A stretch of DNA of 63,763 nt, filler included, from Patellaria atrata CBS 101060 (Eukaryota): the NCBI GenBank assembly GCA_010093705.1. It is 7 parts of 5 records of this genome, joined end to end, with 100 filler letters (N's around TTAATTAATTAA, not from the genome) between each part and the next. Parts side by side here need not be neighbours in the genome. Positions count along the whole stretch, not along the records: positions 43,422 to 50,828 come from MU006098.1; positions 50,929 to 57,250 come from MU006098.1; positions 57,351 to 59,017 come from MU006102.1; positions 59,118 to 61,597 come from MU006103.1; positions 61,698 to 63,763 come from MU006107.1; 2 more parts are not named here. One strand, written 5' to 3'. Under the pieces are notes generated by a model, which had not been told where the DNA came from, did no database searches, and saw only the letters and a list, made by a program, of their open reading frames with translations. This document shows positions 49,601 to 62,053 of the stretch, in pieces. Within the stretch, counting starts at the first letter, position 1. Each line of letters starts with the position of its first letter. The position numbers and the translations under genes are program-made.

Positions 49601-50828
49601 TCTACGAAAAGTTACTTAAGGAATACTACCACTTAGCCTACGTGTTCTCGAAATCTATATCCGATAAGCTACTATCGCTTAGAGAAGGCGTAGACCACGA
49701 TATAGTACTAGACTAAGATAGTAATCTTACTATTAGCCCCTTATATAATATACCTATCGAACACTTATAGCTAGTAAAGGACTATCTAGAGGAGCACCTT
49801 TAAAAGGGGTTTATCGTTCCGAGTGAGGCACTATACGCGTCTCTAGTGTTATTCGCCAAGAAACTAGGGGGAGATTAGAGATTCTACGTTAACTATAGAA
49901 AGCTAAATAGTATTACTAAGAAGGATAAGTATCCGTTACCCCTAATCGAAGAAATATTAGCGCGCCTTCGACGAGCAAAGATATTTACGAAACTCGACGT
50001 GAGATAAGCATTCTACTAAATCTGAATAAAGGAGTTAGCCGAAGATCTTACCACCTTCCGAACGAGATATAGATCGTTTAAGTATAAGGTACTACCTTTC
50101 GGGTTATATAACGGCCTAGCCTCGTTCTAACGGTTTATTAATAAGGCGCTCTTCTAATATCTAGACGACTTCTATATAATATATATTAACGATATACTAA
50201 TCTACTCTAAGTGCCCATTAGAGCACTAGACCCACGTCGCGAAAGTGCTAGAAGCACTAGCTAAGACCGGCCTATAAGCCGATATTAAGAAAAGCGAGTT
50301 CCACGTGATAAAGACGAAGTTCCTCGGCTTTATTATTAGCACTAACGGAATAGCGATAGATCTAGAAAAGACTAAAGTAGTCCGAAACTAGAAGTTACCA
50401 ACGAACGTAAAGGGGATCTTATCGTTTAATAGATTCTATAACTTCTACCGGAAGTTCCTAGAGAAATTCGGACGAGTTATACGACTATTAACGATACGGA
50501 CATGAAAAGGGGTTTGGAAACCACTTAGGTAGAAAGAAGAAGAGGTATTTAAGAAAGTAAAAGAGCTAATTCTATTAGATTAAGTGCTAGCGCACTACGA
50601 CCCTCTACTCGAGACGAAAGTCGAGTCCGACTATAGTGACGGGGTTACCGTAGTAGTTATATTGTAGCTCTATGGACACGTCTAGAGGCTAGTTACCTTC
50701 TAGACTAAGACGTTATCGGAGATAGAACTAAGGTACGAAATCCACGATAAGGAAATACTAGCCGTGGTGAGAGCACTAGCCGAGTGGAGAAGTATGCTAG
50801 TAGGGCTATAGCAAGTTCCCTTCACCGT
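46681..50828 (+). mobile_element. Gypsy family B copy B5 (5' LTR 46681-46952, gag, PR, RT, RNase H; 3' truncated)
   Basis: Homologous to B2. Degraded zinc knuckle CFNYGKAGYRALEC; candidate slippery GGAAAAC at 48649-48655. Confidence 0.93.
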
Positions 50829-50928
50829 NNNNNNNNNNNNNNNNNNNNNNNNNNNNNNNNNNNNNNNNNNNNTTAATTAATTAANNNNNNNNNNNNNNNN
50901 NNNNNNNNNNNNNNNNNNNNNNNNNNNN

Positions 50929-53900
50929 CTATTTACGACGTCTTAAAATCTATATAGGCCCCGTCTTTTCGGCTATATCGTTATCGTCGTACGGCTCTAC
51001 TTCTATCTCGGATCTAAAGGCTTGAAGCTATTCTTTAAGTCGGACTAATGGTCCGGCGTCGGCTAGTCTCTAATCGTGGAATTCTTCGAGCTTGTGCGGT
51101 GCTCCGATAAAGTTACGAGCCGGATACCACGTCTCGTTAGGGTCGTATCCGATCTAACTTGCTTTATACTGTAACTTGCCGCGAGAGATGCGGCTTGCCA
51201 GGATCTTATCTACTTCATATTCGGGCTCGCCGTCTATTTCGATCGGCGGTGGTGGTTCTAGCCGTTGTCCGGGTAACGGGTCTATCGGTGCTTTGCGAAG
51301 CCTATCTACGTGGAATACGTTCGACATCTTCATGTTAGTGGGTAAGTCGATCACGTAAGAGTGCCCCTTCATTCCTATTATCTTGTATAGACCTACGTTC
51401 TGATAGTCTAGTTTGACACTCGGCCTATCCGATATCTAGCCTTTACGTGAGATAAAGACGTAGTCTCCTAGTCCGAAGTCTAGTTCTCTCCGATGCTTGT
51501 TAGCCGACTTTGCCTATATTGCCTATACCTTTTCCAGGTTGTTCCTCGCCCATTTGACGGCGTCGTGGGTGCGTTTCGCGAATAGTTGAGCTTCCTCTCT
51601 ACTCATCTTTTCTCGGACTGTCTTGCATGCGTCAAGATCTGTCCGCTCTTGCCAGTCGAAATGCATTCGTGGTTGGTAACCGAATTCTAACTCGTAAGGG
51701 GAAATGCCCGTCGATTCGTGGACTAACGTGGCCTAGGCAAAGTCTACTACGGGTAGCAGCTCCAACCAATTACTCTAGTGGTGGTTCACGAAGGGCCGGA
51801 GCCGTAGATCTATATACTAGTTAATAATCTCCGTACCTCCGTTCGTCTACGAGTGGTAAGCTGTGGACAGCTTCTATTTCACTTTCGTCAGTTTACAAAG
51901 CTCATCTATAAATATAGAAACAAACTATGGACCACGGTCTAATATCGCTATCTCCGGTGTGCCGTATATCCGCTATACATGTTCGTAGTATAGCTTTACG
52001 GCTACCTTAGCCGAGATGTCTTTAGTATAGGGGAGTGAGATCGCTCTCTTTCCTAGTCGATCTACTACTATAAACGCCATTTCGAATCCGTGCGTGTCCT
52101 TAGGGAACGATTTAAAGTCGAAGGCGACGTGTTACTAACATCTATCTCCGATTAGTAGTGATTTCAGTAAACCGGGGGTTTTATCTCTTAGTGTATACGT
52201 CCGACGATAGGTGTGACAGTTCCGGACATATCTATCTACATCAGCTACTAATCCGGGCTAGTAGTATCGCGCTCGAATTAGTTCTTTCGTCTTCTTAGTT
52301 CCTAGATATCCTATAACCAGTGCGTTATACACGTCTCATATTAGATACGTTCTAAGATTATCCACGTCTAGGACTATAAGTCTACTAAATCTAACGAGTA
52401 GGCCGTCCTATAGTTCCTAGTGCCTCTCTTTAGCTTCGGCTTACTTTCGGTATACCGATAGAGAGTTATACTTCCGGTTCGCTTCTAATATTCGATCTAT
52501 TAGCAAGTACGTTGCCAGCGGCTCTTGTTTCCGATCGGGCTCGTTTTAGATATACCGCTCCAGATCTATAGGTATATCTTCCCTTTCTTCTACCTTATAC
52601 CTGACTTCCTTTTCTTTTTCAGTTGTGGTGGGAATTATGGAGTGGATAGGCGTGGGCCCCGGCCTAGGGTCGGGGTCAATGCACTTCTTTAACATGTTGT
52701 TCCTCCCTTTCGAGGTTTTAGTTGCTATGGACCCTTGGTCCTAAGCTTCGGCTCCCTCCGTCCCCTGCGAAGGCTCGGCTATCGCCACCTCGGCTACCGC
52801 CACCCGGGTCCCGGGCCTTAACTTTAGAGCGTACTTTTCTACCGCCCCCTCTCTAGAGGTTACACGTTTCTTACTACTCTAAGATATCTTCTTAGGCAGT
52901 AGTTATTGTTTTATTAAGAGTCGAAGAGGTGCCACCGTTATATTCGGGTCGATTAGCACCTAGGTCCGTGCCGTAATATCTTTATCTTTCGCTGTCTTTA
53001 GGTCTTCTTGTTTACGGGAGAGCGCGTCTACCACGACGTTTTAGGCTCCGGGCTGATACGTGATTCGGAAGTGGAAATTAGAGAGAGCTTCACTCTATCG
53101 GGCTTATCTAGTATTAAGTAACCGTTTCGTGGTGAAGTATTCTAGTGCTCTATAGTTAGTGATCACGGTGAAGGGAACTTGCTATAGCTCTACTAGTATA
53201 CTTCTCCACTCGGCTAGTGCTCTCACCACGGCTAGCATTTCCTTGTCGTGGATTTCGTACCTTAGTTCTATCTCCGATAACGTCTTAGTCTAGAAGGTAA
53301 CTAGCTTCTAGACGTGTCCGTGGAGCTGCGATATAACTGCTACGGCAACCCCGTCACTATAGTCGGACTCGACTTTCGTCTCGAGTAGAGGGTCGTAGTG
53401 CGCCAGCACTTAATCTAATAGAATTAGCTCTTTTACTTTCTTAAATACCTCTTCTTCTTTCTACNNNNNNNNNNNNNNNNNNNNNNNNNNNNNNNNNNNN
53501 NNNNNNNNNNNNNNNNNNNNNNNNNNNNNNNNNNNNNNNNNNNNNNNNNNNNNNNNNNNNNNNNNNNNNNNNNNNNNNNNNNNNNNNNNNNNNNNNNNNN
53601 NNNNNNNNNNNNNNNNNNNNNNNNNNNNNNNNNNNNNNNNNNNNNNNNNNNNNNNNNNNNNNNNNNNNNNNNNNNNNNNNNNNNNNNNNNNNNNNNNNNN
53701 NNNNNNNNNNNNNNNNNNNNNNNNNNNNNNNNNNNNNNNNNNNNNNNNNNNNNNNNNNNNNNNNNNNNNNNNNNNNNNNNNNNNNNNNNNNNNNNNNNNN
53801 NNNNNNNNNNNNNNNNNNNNNNNNNNNNNNNNNNNNNNNNNNNNNNNNNNNNNNNNNNNNNNNNNNNNNNNNNNNNNNNNNNNNNNNNNNNNNNNNNNNN

Positions 53901-56900
53901 NNNNNNNNNNNNNNNNNNNNNNNNNNNNNNNNNNNNNNNNNNNNNNNNNNNNNNNNNNNNNNNNNNNNNNNNNNNNNNNNNNNNNNNNNNNNNNNNNNNN
54001 NNNNNNNNNNNNNNNNNNNNNNNNNNNNNNNNNNNNNNNNNNNNNNNNNNNNNNNNNNNNNNNNNNNNNNNNNNNNNNNNNNNNNNNNNNNNNNNNNNNN
54101 NNNNNNNNNNNNNNNNNNNNNNNNNNNNNNNNNNNNNNNNNNNNNNNNNNNNNNNNAGAATCTCTAACCTCCCCCTAGCTTCTTAGCGAATAACACTAGA
54201 GACGCGTATAGTGCCTCGCTCGGAACGATAAACCCCTTCTAAAGATGCTCCTCTAGATAGTCCTTTACTAGCTATAAGTGTTCGATAGGCATGTTATATA
54301 AGGGGCTAGTAGTAAGATTACTATCTTAGTCTAGTACTATATCGTGGTCTACGCCTTCTCTAAGCGGTGGTAGCTTATCGGATATAGATTTCGAGAACAC
54401 GTGGGCTAAGTGGTGGTATTCCTTAGGTAACTTTTCGTAGATTATCGCTCTATGAGCGTCTTCGTCTTCGTCTAGGGGGTTTTCGTCTTCCGAGAGTCGA
54501 TCTTATATTAAGGAGTTAATCTCGTATAGACTCGTGGTATCTATAACGACGTCTTTACGCTTTACGTTCTTTAGATAGTTTTCTCCGCTAACTAAGTAGA
54601 TATTCATATAGATCCCGGTAACATTGACCCGCTTACTCGGCTTCGGCTTTAGCTTTTTAGAGAGTTCCGGCGTCTCCCTCTCTATTAGGTCCGATAGTTC
54701 TAATTTCATCTTTCGGAGATCGGAGCCGACGTTCTTAGCCTATAAACTCGGTTACTTCTATTGGAATAGTTGCGGTTTCCTCCTCTAGTTAACTAATACT
54801 TTCTGTCGGTTGCGTTCTCGTTTATCGATGGCTTTGTCTCGTCGTTCCATGTCGAATTGGTGCTATGGGTTAGTTTAGGTTCGCAGCTCGCTCTTCGGAA
54901 TCACGATGTCTCGTTGCTGGTCTTCAACTGCAGTAGCCTATTCCGGCTAAATAATCCGATAGTGCCTACAATTAGGTAGGCCACTAGTCTTGGAGAACCA
55001 CTCCTTACCTATAAGTATATTATTATAGCCCGTATCCGTCACTATAATCGATGTTGGCCATCTTCGTCCTCTAATCACGAGGCTCGCCTCGAGTACTTGG
55101 TTAATTAGTGCTACCTTCGAATTATTGAAGGCATTAACTTCGATCTCCTAGTCCATCTTTCTAACTTCGATTTCGAGGCGTTATTTTAGAGCGGGTAGCT
55201 ATCTCTTATTTAGTAGGGTATACCCTTAAGCTCTAGTGTCGATTAGGGCCCTAAGCTATATTACGATTCCGTTCTTCGAGATTCGGCACGGTATCGTGAA
55301 TGGCTTTTCTAATACCGGATCGCTAATCGGTGTTACTAATGCTCCTACTATTAGCCCTAATACGGAGTCTCTACTCAGGGTTTCTCGTTTTCCGAATCTA
55401 ATCCTAAATCTAACTTTAAGCTCTAATGCTCGTCTTTCTAGACCGACTTTACTTCGGTTATCTTCTTTAGTCCCCGGCATTCTAACGCTCTATGTCTAGC
55501 CTTGCCGTAGTTAAAGCAGTTACCCGTAAACTTCCGAATAGTTATAGTCTACTCCGTCACTTATAGTGTTATGGGTGAGGTGGTTCCTCCGCTCCCTAAT
55601 CGGTATAAAGTTCTATTCGTCGTTATTAAGGTGGAAGTTATTCTAGTCGGTTTACCACGCTTCTAACTCTCTCTATAGGCCTTACTAGCTTTGCCTAACC
55701 TTTCTAGCTCTCGTGCCTACGTCGTGACTTTACTATAGTACTTCTAGAAGCTAATTTCGTCGTTACCTATAGCTTCCGCCATTGTTAGCCTTAGATTGTC
55801 GTAGAGTCTATCGTGGAGTTCCTCTTTCCACTAGTCGCGTGATAACCTAGCTTCATTAGCTAGCCGGATAAACGTAGACTAGAACTTCGGAAAGTCCGTT
55901 AGGTAGCTTTACCTTAACTCCTTTAGTTCGTCTCTAGCTTTTAGTCGCCTATTTAGGTCCTTATAGATCTAGTCTAGGAATCTTATTAGCCTTATTAAGG
56001 TTACGTCGTCCTCCTCCGATTCTAAGAAAGGGTATATATGTTTAGCTACCTCGCCACTAATCCGTATCTTAATATAGGTAGTCTTCGCCCTTTCGTCTTA
56101 GAACTAGTCGCTGTTAACGTGGAGCTTATCGTTTATCTTACTCTTTCACTCCTTATAGGTTAGCTTCTTACTATCGATTAGTTTTAGTGGATCGGGGAAC
56201 TTCTTTATCTTATCGTCGCCCCTGCTCCTGAAGCTTCCGGTTGAGTCGACTATTCTAGCTCGGTCGTTACGACTACGTGATGCTAATGGTTCTTCGTCGT
56301 TAGATTCGTCGTCGAACCGGACGCTCCTTCGGTCTAGTTTAGACTACTTAGTCTATCTCTTTAGGTTATCGATCTTATCCTAGAGGCGTTCTATAGCTTC
56401 TTCGTTCGCTTAGTATACTTATAGCTTTAGCTATAAGTCGGGCGCTATCTCGTTAATAAGGTTTGCTATCTTTCCGAGTTATATCTCTCGAGCCATAAGC
56501 TTCGCTCTCGTGTGGAGGTACTCCGTTACGAACTAGTCTAGGTTTTCAGCTACCCATTTCTTCGCTCCGTCGATCGTATCGGCGTTTCGATCGTCTATAA
56601 TAGCGGTACACCTAAGAGGCTTCCCTTCTTCTATTATTCCGGGGATTCCTCTTAGTAGGTTCTATAGATCCGCTTCTAGGATATCGTCGGTGATCTACTA
56701 GTCGATCACTTCTAGCGTCGATCTACGTCGGTGCATTTTTCCTTTTTCTTTTAATCCGGTGCTACTCTCTACTCCTAGATCTATAGTTGACTCGTTGCCC
56801 GTCTACTTCGCTAAGGTTGCTAAAGGTTTAACTATCTTATTTAGTTTACTATAATATTTACTTCTCTAAGTAATTCGTATTCGTTAGTCCTAATCTCTTT

Positions 56901-57250
56901 TAAGTACTAGGTCGTTATTATCGTCGGCGCTAATACTCTTAGGCACCGGATATCTCGTTACTAGTAGAGCTTAGCTGCTTATAGATCCCCGATTAGTCCG
57001 ATAATCGTTCGTTAGCTAGACTAATATCGTGCTCCGGTTGGAATATTATATCGCCTTTCTAGAGGCCGTTGAAGGTGAACTTAATCTAGTGTGATAATGT
57101 AGTATAACTATAGTAATCGTATTTTAACTATCTCTATTACTAACTACTAAGTGTGGAGATTAAGTTAAGGAATAATAATATCGTGGGCCGAATATCCGTA
57201 TATAATAGTCCCGCCTTACTAAGCCTCGGCCCGACTATCTTCCGTTTAAC
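50929..57250 (-). mobile_element. Gypsy family B copy B6 (partial 5' LTR 57090-57250 through integrase and chromodomain; internal gap)
   Basis: Homologous to B2/B5. [10 protein letters not shown]...[11 protein letters not shown]...GYDPNETWYP chromodomain at ~51120-51230. Confidence 0.93.
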
Positions 57251-57839
57251 NNNNNNNNNNNNNNNNNNNNNNNNNNNNNNNNNNNNNNNNNNNNTTAATT
57301 AATTAANNNNNNNNNNNNNNNNNNNNNNNNNNNNNNNNNNNNNNNNNNNNCACCATCTAACAATACTTAACTTATAAGTCGGAGCCGAGCACTTAGCTCT
57401 GAAAACCTCCAACATAAGGCTTGGGAGATCAGCCGTCTGACATATAAACGGATCAGATTTGAGTAAGTTGTACGGCTTCAAAATAGCACAAAGGCCGGGC
57501 TCATAACTGTTAGATAAACTGGATCTGCAGGTGCATGGAATATGTCGCTTGATTCTCAAAAGAGAGGTTCTATCCAGCTGTTATATACTGCAGGTGTGTA
57601 CTAAAACGGACGGAATAGTGTGAAATCTATGTCTCAGAAAATAACGAAAATAGCGCCAACACAAGAACTAAAAGATAGTGTTATGTTAGTTTAGAAACCC
57701 TAGGTTACGACGATACCGTAATTGTGGTGGTATAAGCGACTAGCTCACTACCCCTGGTTACCACAAGAATCAACACCCCGATAGCTCCACCATCTAACAC
57801 CTACCCTCAGACTCTTCACTTCTTCTTCATCTTGATTGT

Positions 57840-58150
57840 AGATAGCATCTGGACTAGATAGTTGGAACACAATTACTAGAGGCCGCTCACATTGGACAGA
57901 TAGCAGGAGACCCGGACCTCGGAGAAGCCTAGGTATTATGGTTTGATCTCGTCAAGGATGAAAGGTGCTATATTCAACGGCTTCTTTGCAAGTCCCAACC
58001 TCACAATCTTGGATACTGTGCCGACTTGCGCAACTGGAAATTGCACCTTCCCAAACTATAACTCTTTGTCCCTCTGCGCATCGAGCGCCGACATGACCGC
58101 CCATCTTCAGGAGTTATCGACGGAAGAGGAGGAAAGATGGTGTCTTCCTT
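57840..58150 (+). pseudogene. Fragment of a DUF3176-like fungal membrane protein
   Basis: MKGAIFNG...PTCATGNCTFPNYNSLSLCASSADMT resembles the C-x-T-G-N-C-T motif of that family (recall only). Confidence 0.5.
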
Positions 58151-58765
58151 GAAGGAGGTCAAGAATTGATTACACTGATAAGCAATCAGTATGATATCCT
58201 GACAATAGAATGGGGCATGAATGTCAATTTCAGCTAGGTTCCAAGCCACAAAGGCATCTTTGGCAATGAGCTGGCAGACAAACTGGCCAAACTTGGACTG
58301 GCAAGGAAATCTGTATAAGCATCATTCACCTCACTAAGCCACCTCAAACGTATAAGCAGAGAAAAAATCATAACAGGTTGGAAAAGGCAATGGGAAACAA
58401 ATCCTAAAAGACAAGGGAAGTACTACACCCAAGTTTGCAGAGCAGCAATCTCATTCTCAACCAAATCAACGATGCCAAAATATCCAAAAAGGACTCAAGC
58501 AGCATTCTTTCAGCTAAAGAATGGAGCAGGCTTCTTCAAATCATTTTCCAAAAGAATTGGAAAGGATATTAAAGGGAAATGTTTTGGAGACTGCAAGTTT
58601 ATCCAGAGCCCAAGGCACCTGGTTCTTCACTGCAAACATTACTCCAAGGAACGCAAAATCATGGAGAAGCAGCTAAAGTCAAGAATGACATTGACAAAGC
58701 TCTTTTGTACAGAGAAGGGGAAAGAAGTACTCTTCCAATACTACATAATACACAGATCTCAACAG
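58150..58765 (+). mobile_element. 3' fragment of a non-LTR retrotransposon (LINE ORF2 C-terminal zinc-finger region)
   Basis: AFFQLKNGAGFFKSF...CFGDCKFIQSPRHLVLHCKHYSKER (C-C-H-C), preceded by A-rich coding-like sequence. Left boundary approximate. Confidence 0.7.
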
Positions 58766-59017
58766 CTATAACTTATCTGTAACCGTAATATCTACGTTTT
58801 CCAGTTCCCATTGATTCAGAGTCGCAACCGATGATATTACGTATGGATGTTGAGGGCCGAGAATCTGTGTCTGTAGCTGGGAGCATTGTCTTATTAATAA
58901 AATAGCATCGTCCTTATGGCCTTGAACCTTGAACGTAAATGCGAGGTTGGCCATGCTGGTCAGCGTGTCTGGATGCTCCTCCCCAAGCACCCTCTTTCTC
59001 GTCTCCATCACTTGCAC
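58766..59017 (-). CDS. C-terminal TPR repeats, partial; paralogue of 43103-43321
   Basis: VQVMETRKRVLGEEHPDTLTSMANLAFTFKVQGH...ILGPQHPYVISS. 5' part lost at contig end. Confidence 0.8.
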   Translation of the reverse strand: MQVMETRKRVLGEEHPDTLTSMANLAFTFKVQGHKDDAILLIRQCSQLQTQILGPQHPYVISSVATLNQWELENVDITVTDKL

Positions 59018-59454
59018 NNNNNNNNNNNNNNNNNNNNNNNNNNNNNNNNNNNNNNNNNNNNTTAATTAATTAANNNNNNNNNNNNNNNNNNNNNNNNNNN
59101 NNNNNNNNNNNNNNNNNAACACAGCACGCCCCCGCGATGGCTTCACCGTCGGGCTGCAGGAAAGGCTCTACCGGGAACACTACCCCGGCGCGACCGTGTG
59201 GACCAACCTCCCGGATGGGACGGGGCATCAGGGCAAGTGCTTGGAGCTAGCGTGTCGATGGGTCTTAAAGGTGGCACGAGAGGGTTTGCACATACGTTCG
59301 GGTGAGGATGGGCTGCCGGTGCTAGATGGGTTCGGCCGTTATGTTTACAGGTAGTGGGCTAGGGCTTCACGTGGGTGCGAAGGAGGGGAGGGCGAAGGTA
59401 TTCATTTCCTGTAACTAGTTATCAAGACGCTGTCTTGGTCCATCATCTCTTCTA

Positions 59455-60744
59455 GATAAGGTGGTAAAGGAGGTGGTTGACGAAAAGAAGCGGCAGTACT
59501 CAATACCCAGTTAGATTATCGTGTACTGTGACACAGTGGCGAGAACAACCATGCTAGCAGGTGTCTTAGGCTGTGTATGCTACCACCGTCAAGCGGGAAA
59601 CCGGAAGGAGAAAGAGGAGATGCTACTCCAGCTAACTGGAAGACATCGACAAGTGTTTGTAGCAACAAATGCGCTCGGACTAGGGATTGATACACCAACA
59701 ATTCGAGTGGTCATTCACGTGGGGGAAGTTAGAAAGCTTAGGGACTATGCGCAAGAGAGTGGGCGGGCGGGTAGAGATGGTGCAAAGAGCGAGGCAATCA
59801 TCATGAGAGGGTATAGTGTCAGCCCAGCAGGACAGATCAGGGAGAAGGCGTTTAGGAAGGGGGTAGAGGAGGAGATAAAGGAGTTTATCACGAGTGTAGG
59901 CTGTAAGCGTATCATCTTGGATAGGGAGATGGATGGGAGAGAGGATAGAACAGGCTGTGAGGAGGGAGAAGAAAAATGTGATGGATGCTTTAGCCCAGGT
60001 CAGATATTGCGAGAAGAGAGAGGTAAGCAGGAGGTAGAGGACGAAGATACGGGTCGAGAACAGCAAGAGGAGGAGGGACTAGGAGAGGAGGAGCTAGAAG
60101 AGGAGGAGCTAGAAGAGGAGGATCTGGAAGAGGAGGATCTAGAAGAGGAGGATCTAGAAGAGGAGGAGCTACTGGAATTTCAAAGAGAGACAGAGCGAAG
60201 AAGAGCAAGGGCGCGAGTAGAGATGGCAACACAATCACGGGAATTGTCGGAAGTTGAGCAACTGGAGAGGCTGCTGGAAGAGTGGAAGGAGGGTTATTAG
60301 TGGTGTAGAGTATCAGGCGAGAAGATAAAGCATTATAGCTTATGGAGCTGCAGTAAGGAAGGAGCTAAGGATGTAAAGTAAGGAGTAAGACGCTTTAAAG
60401 AGATTGTTAGGTGGGAGAATTATTCATGCTGCTTTTACTGTGGAGTTCCACAAGCAATATGCAATAGGTACGAGCAGCAGAGTAATGGTGGATTTAGAGT
60501 TAAAAGAGGCGGTATATGTCAGTTTAAGGATGTGTTAATCGAGTCAACGGTATCAATTTGGGTAGGGAATAAAGATAAGTTTGGGGATTTATTAAAATCA
60601 CAGATAGAGGGTGATGGAATGGCTTCAAAGGGCGAGTTTACGTATAAAGAGATGGTCAATTGGTTTACAGGAAAGAAGAGATGGGGAGGAATAGAGGGAA
60701 CAAAGTTATGTTATTTTTTTATTAGTATTATATCAATAGTATAA
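59455..60744 (+). pseudogene. RecQ-like (telomere-linked helicase type) C-terminal half, RIP stops
   Basis: IIVYC; VATNALGLGID; VVIHVG; DYAQESGRAGRDG; CKR..LD..MDG..C..CDGC; Glu-rich tract; CCFYCGVPQAIC. No Walker A/DEAH half present. Confidence 0.85.
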
Positions 60745-60903
60745 GGAATAAATAGGATTTGTTAAGAGGATAATAGGAGTAGTAATAGGAAAAGAGAGTA
60801 TAATAGTAGAAAATAACGGATAGGAAGAGAAGATAATAGATTTATACCACGCGCTAGACGGAATAGCATTCGGGCTAGATGTCAATTGTCAACTAGGCGT
60901 TAT

Positions 60904-61375
60904 ATTTAGCATTTGGACATGTATGGACTATAGGCTAGCCATTTCCATAAACTTTGAACTGGTGAAATAGAAGGGACTAAGTTAAAAGGAAAAAGAAAAA
61001 AGTATAGTATAGAGTAAATTTGTTATTAACCAAAAATTGGATAGTATAATGGTATAGAGCGGATTAAGTAGAATAAGAAGGTATATAGAAGTAAATATAG
61101 CACCATTAGCATAAAAGTATAGAGGGTAAAAACGAAGCTATTTAGCATTTAGACATGTATAGATTATAGAGTAGCCATTTCCATAAACTTTAAACTGATG
61201 AAATAAAAGGGACTAAGTTAAAAGGAAAAAGAAAAAAGTATAGTATAGAGTAAATTTATTATTAACCAAAAATTGGACGGCATAGTGGTATAGAGCGGAT
61301 TAAGTAGAATAAGAAGGTATATAGAAGTAAATATAGCACCATTAGCATAAAGGTATAAAGGGTAAAAACGAAGCT
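60904..61375. repeat. Tandem duplication of a 236-bp unit
   Basis: atttagcattt...aacgaagct at 60904-61139 and 61140-61375, differing mostly by transitions. Confidence 0.93.
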
Positions 61376-62053
61376 AGTAAGAAATGCTAACAGGCGATAT
61401 TAGATTAGATGGGAAAAGGGACTTATCCAAGGAACAATAATAGATTATTATAGAAAAGGAGGGTGGGAATAAGAGGAAAGATAAAGATGGGCAAGTTTAT
61501 AGATTATTATTATTAGGGGATACCCCTAACTACAATGCTTAAGTGTTTTAAGGTCTAAAACACTTTTTTTTGGCGCCAAGATTCTGAAAACCGGGGGNNN
61601 NNNNNNNNNNNNNNNNNNNNNNNNNNNNNNNNNNNNNNNNNTTAATTAATTAANNNNNNNNNNNNNNNNNNNNNNNNNNNNNNNNNNNNNNNNNNNNGAT
61701 TGAGCCGCGTTGTGTGAAGGTGGGTGTTTGCGACGAGAATCGCTATGAAGATGTGTGGTTTATGAAGCGGGTGTTCTAAATATACAGTACTTGTGTGTGA
61801 TACTTTTGGGTTTAGATATGGGTTAAGCTCAATTCTGAAATTCTGATCGGCACTGTACTGTACTGTACAAAAGGGATATGTGGATACCTCTGTACAGAAG
61901 AACAGAAGACGGAAGGGGGTCAAAATCTCGACGTGTTATTACTGTATTTACAATCTTCCATACTTGAAGTTGAATCAAGAGATTCCGTCTGCACGATGAC
62001 GATGGTTATGTACAGTACAAAGTAGACTAATGGTCTCCCGTAGTCCTACATCT

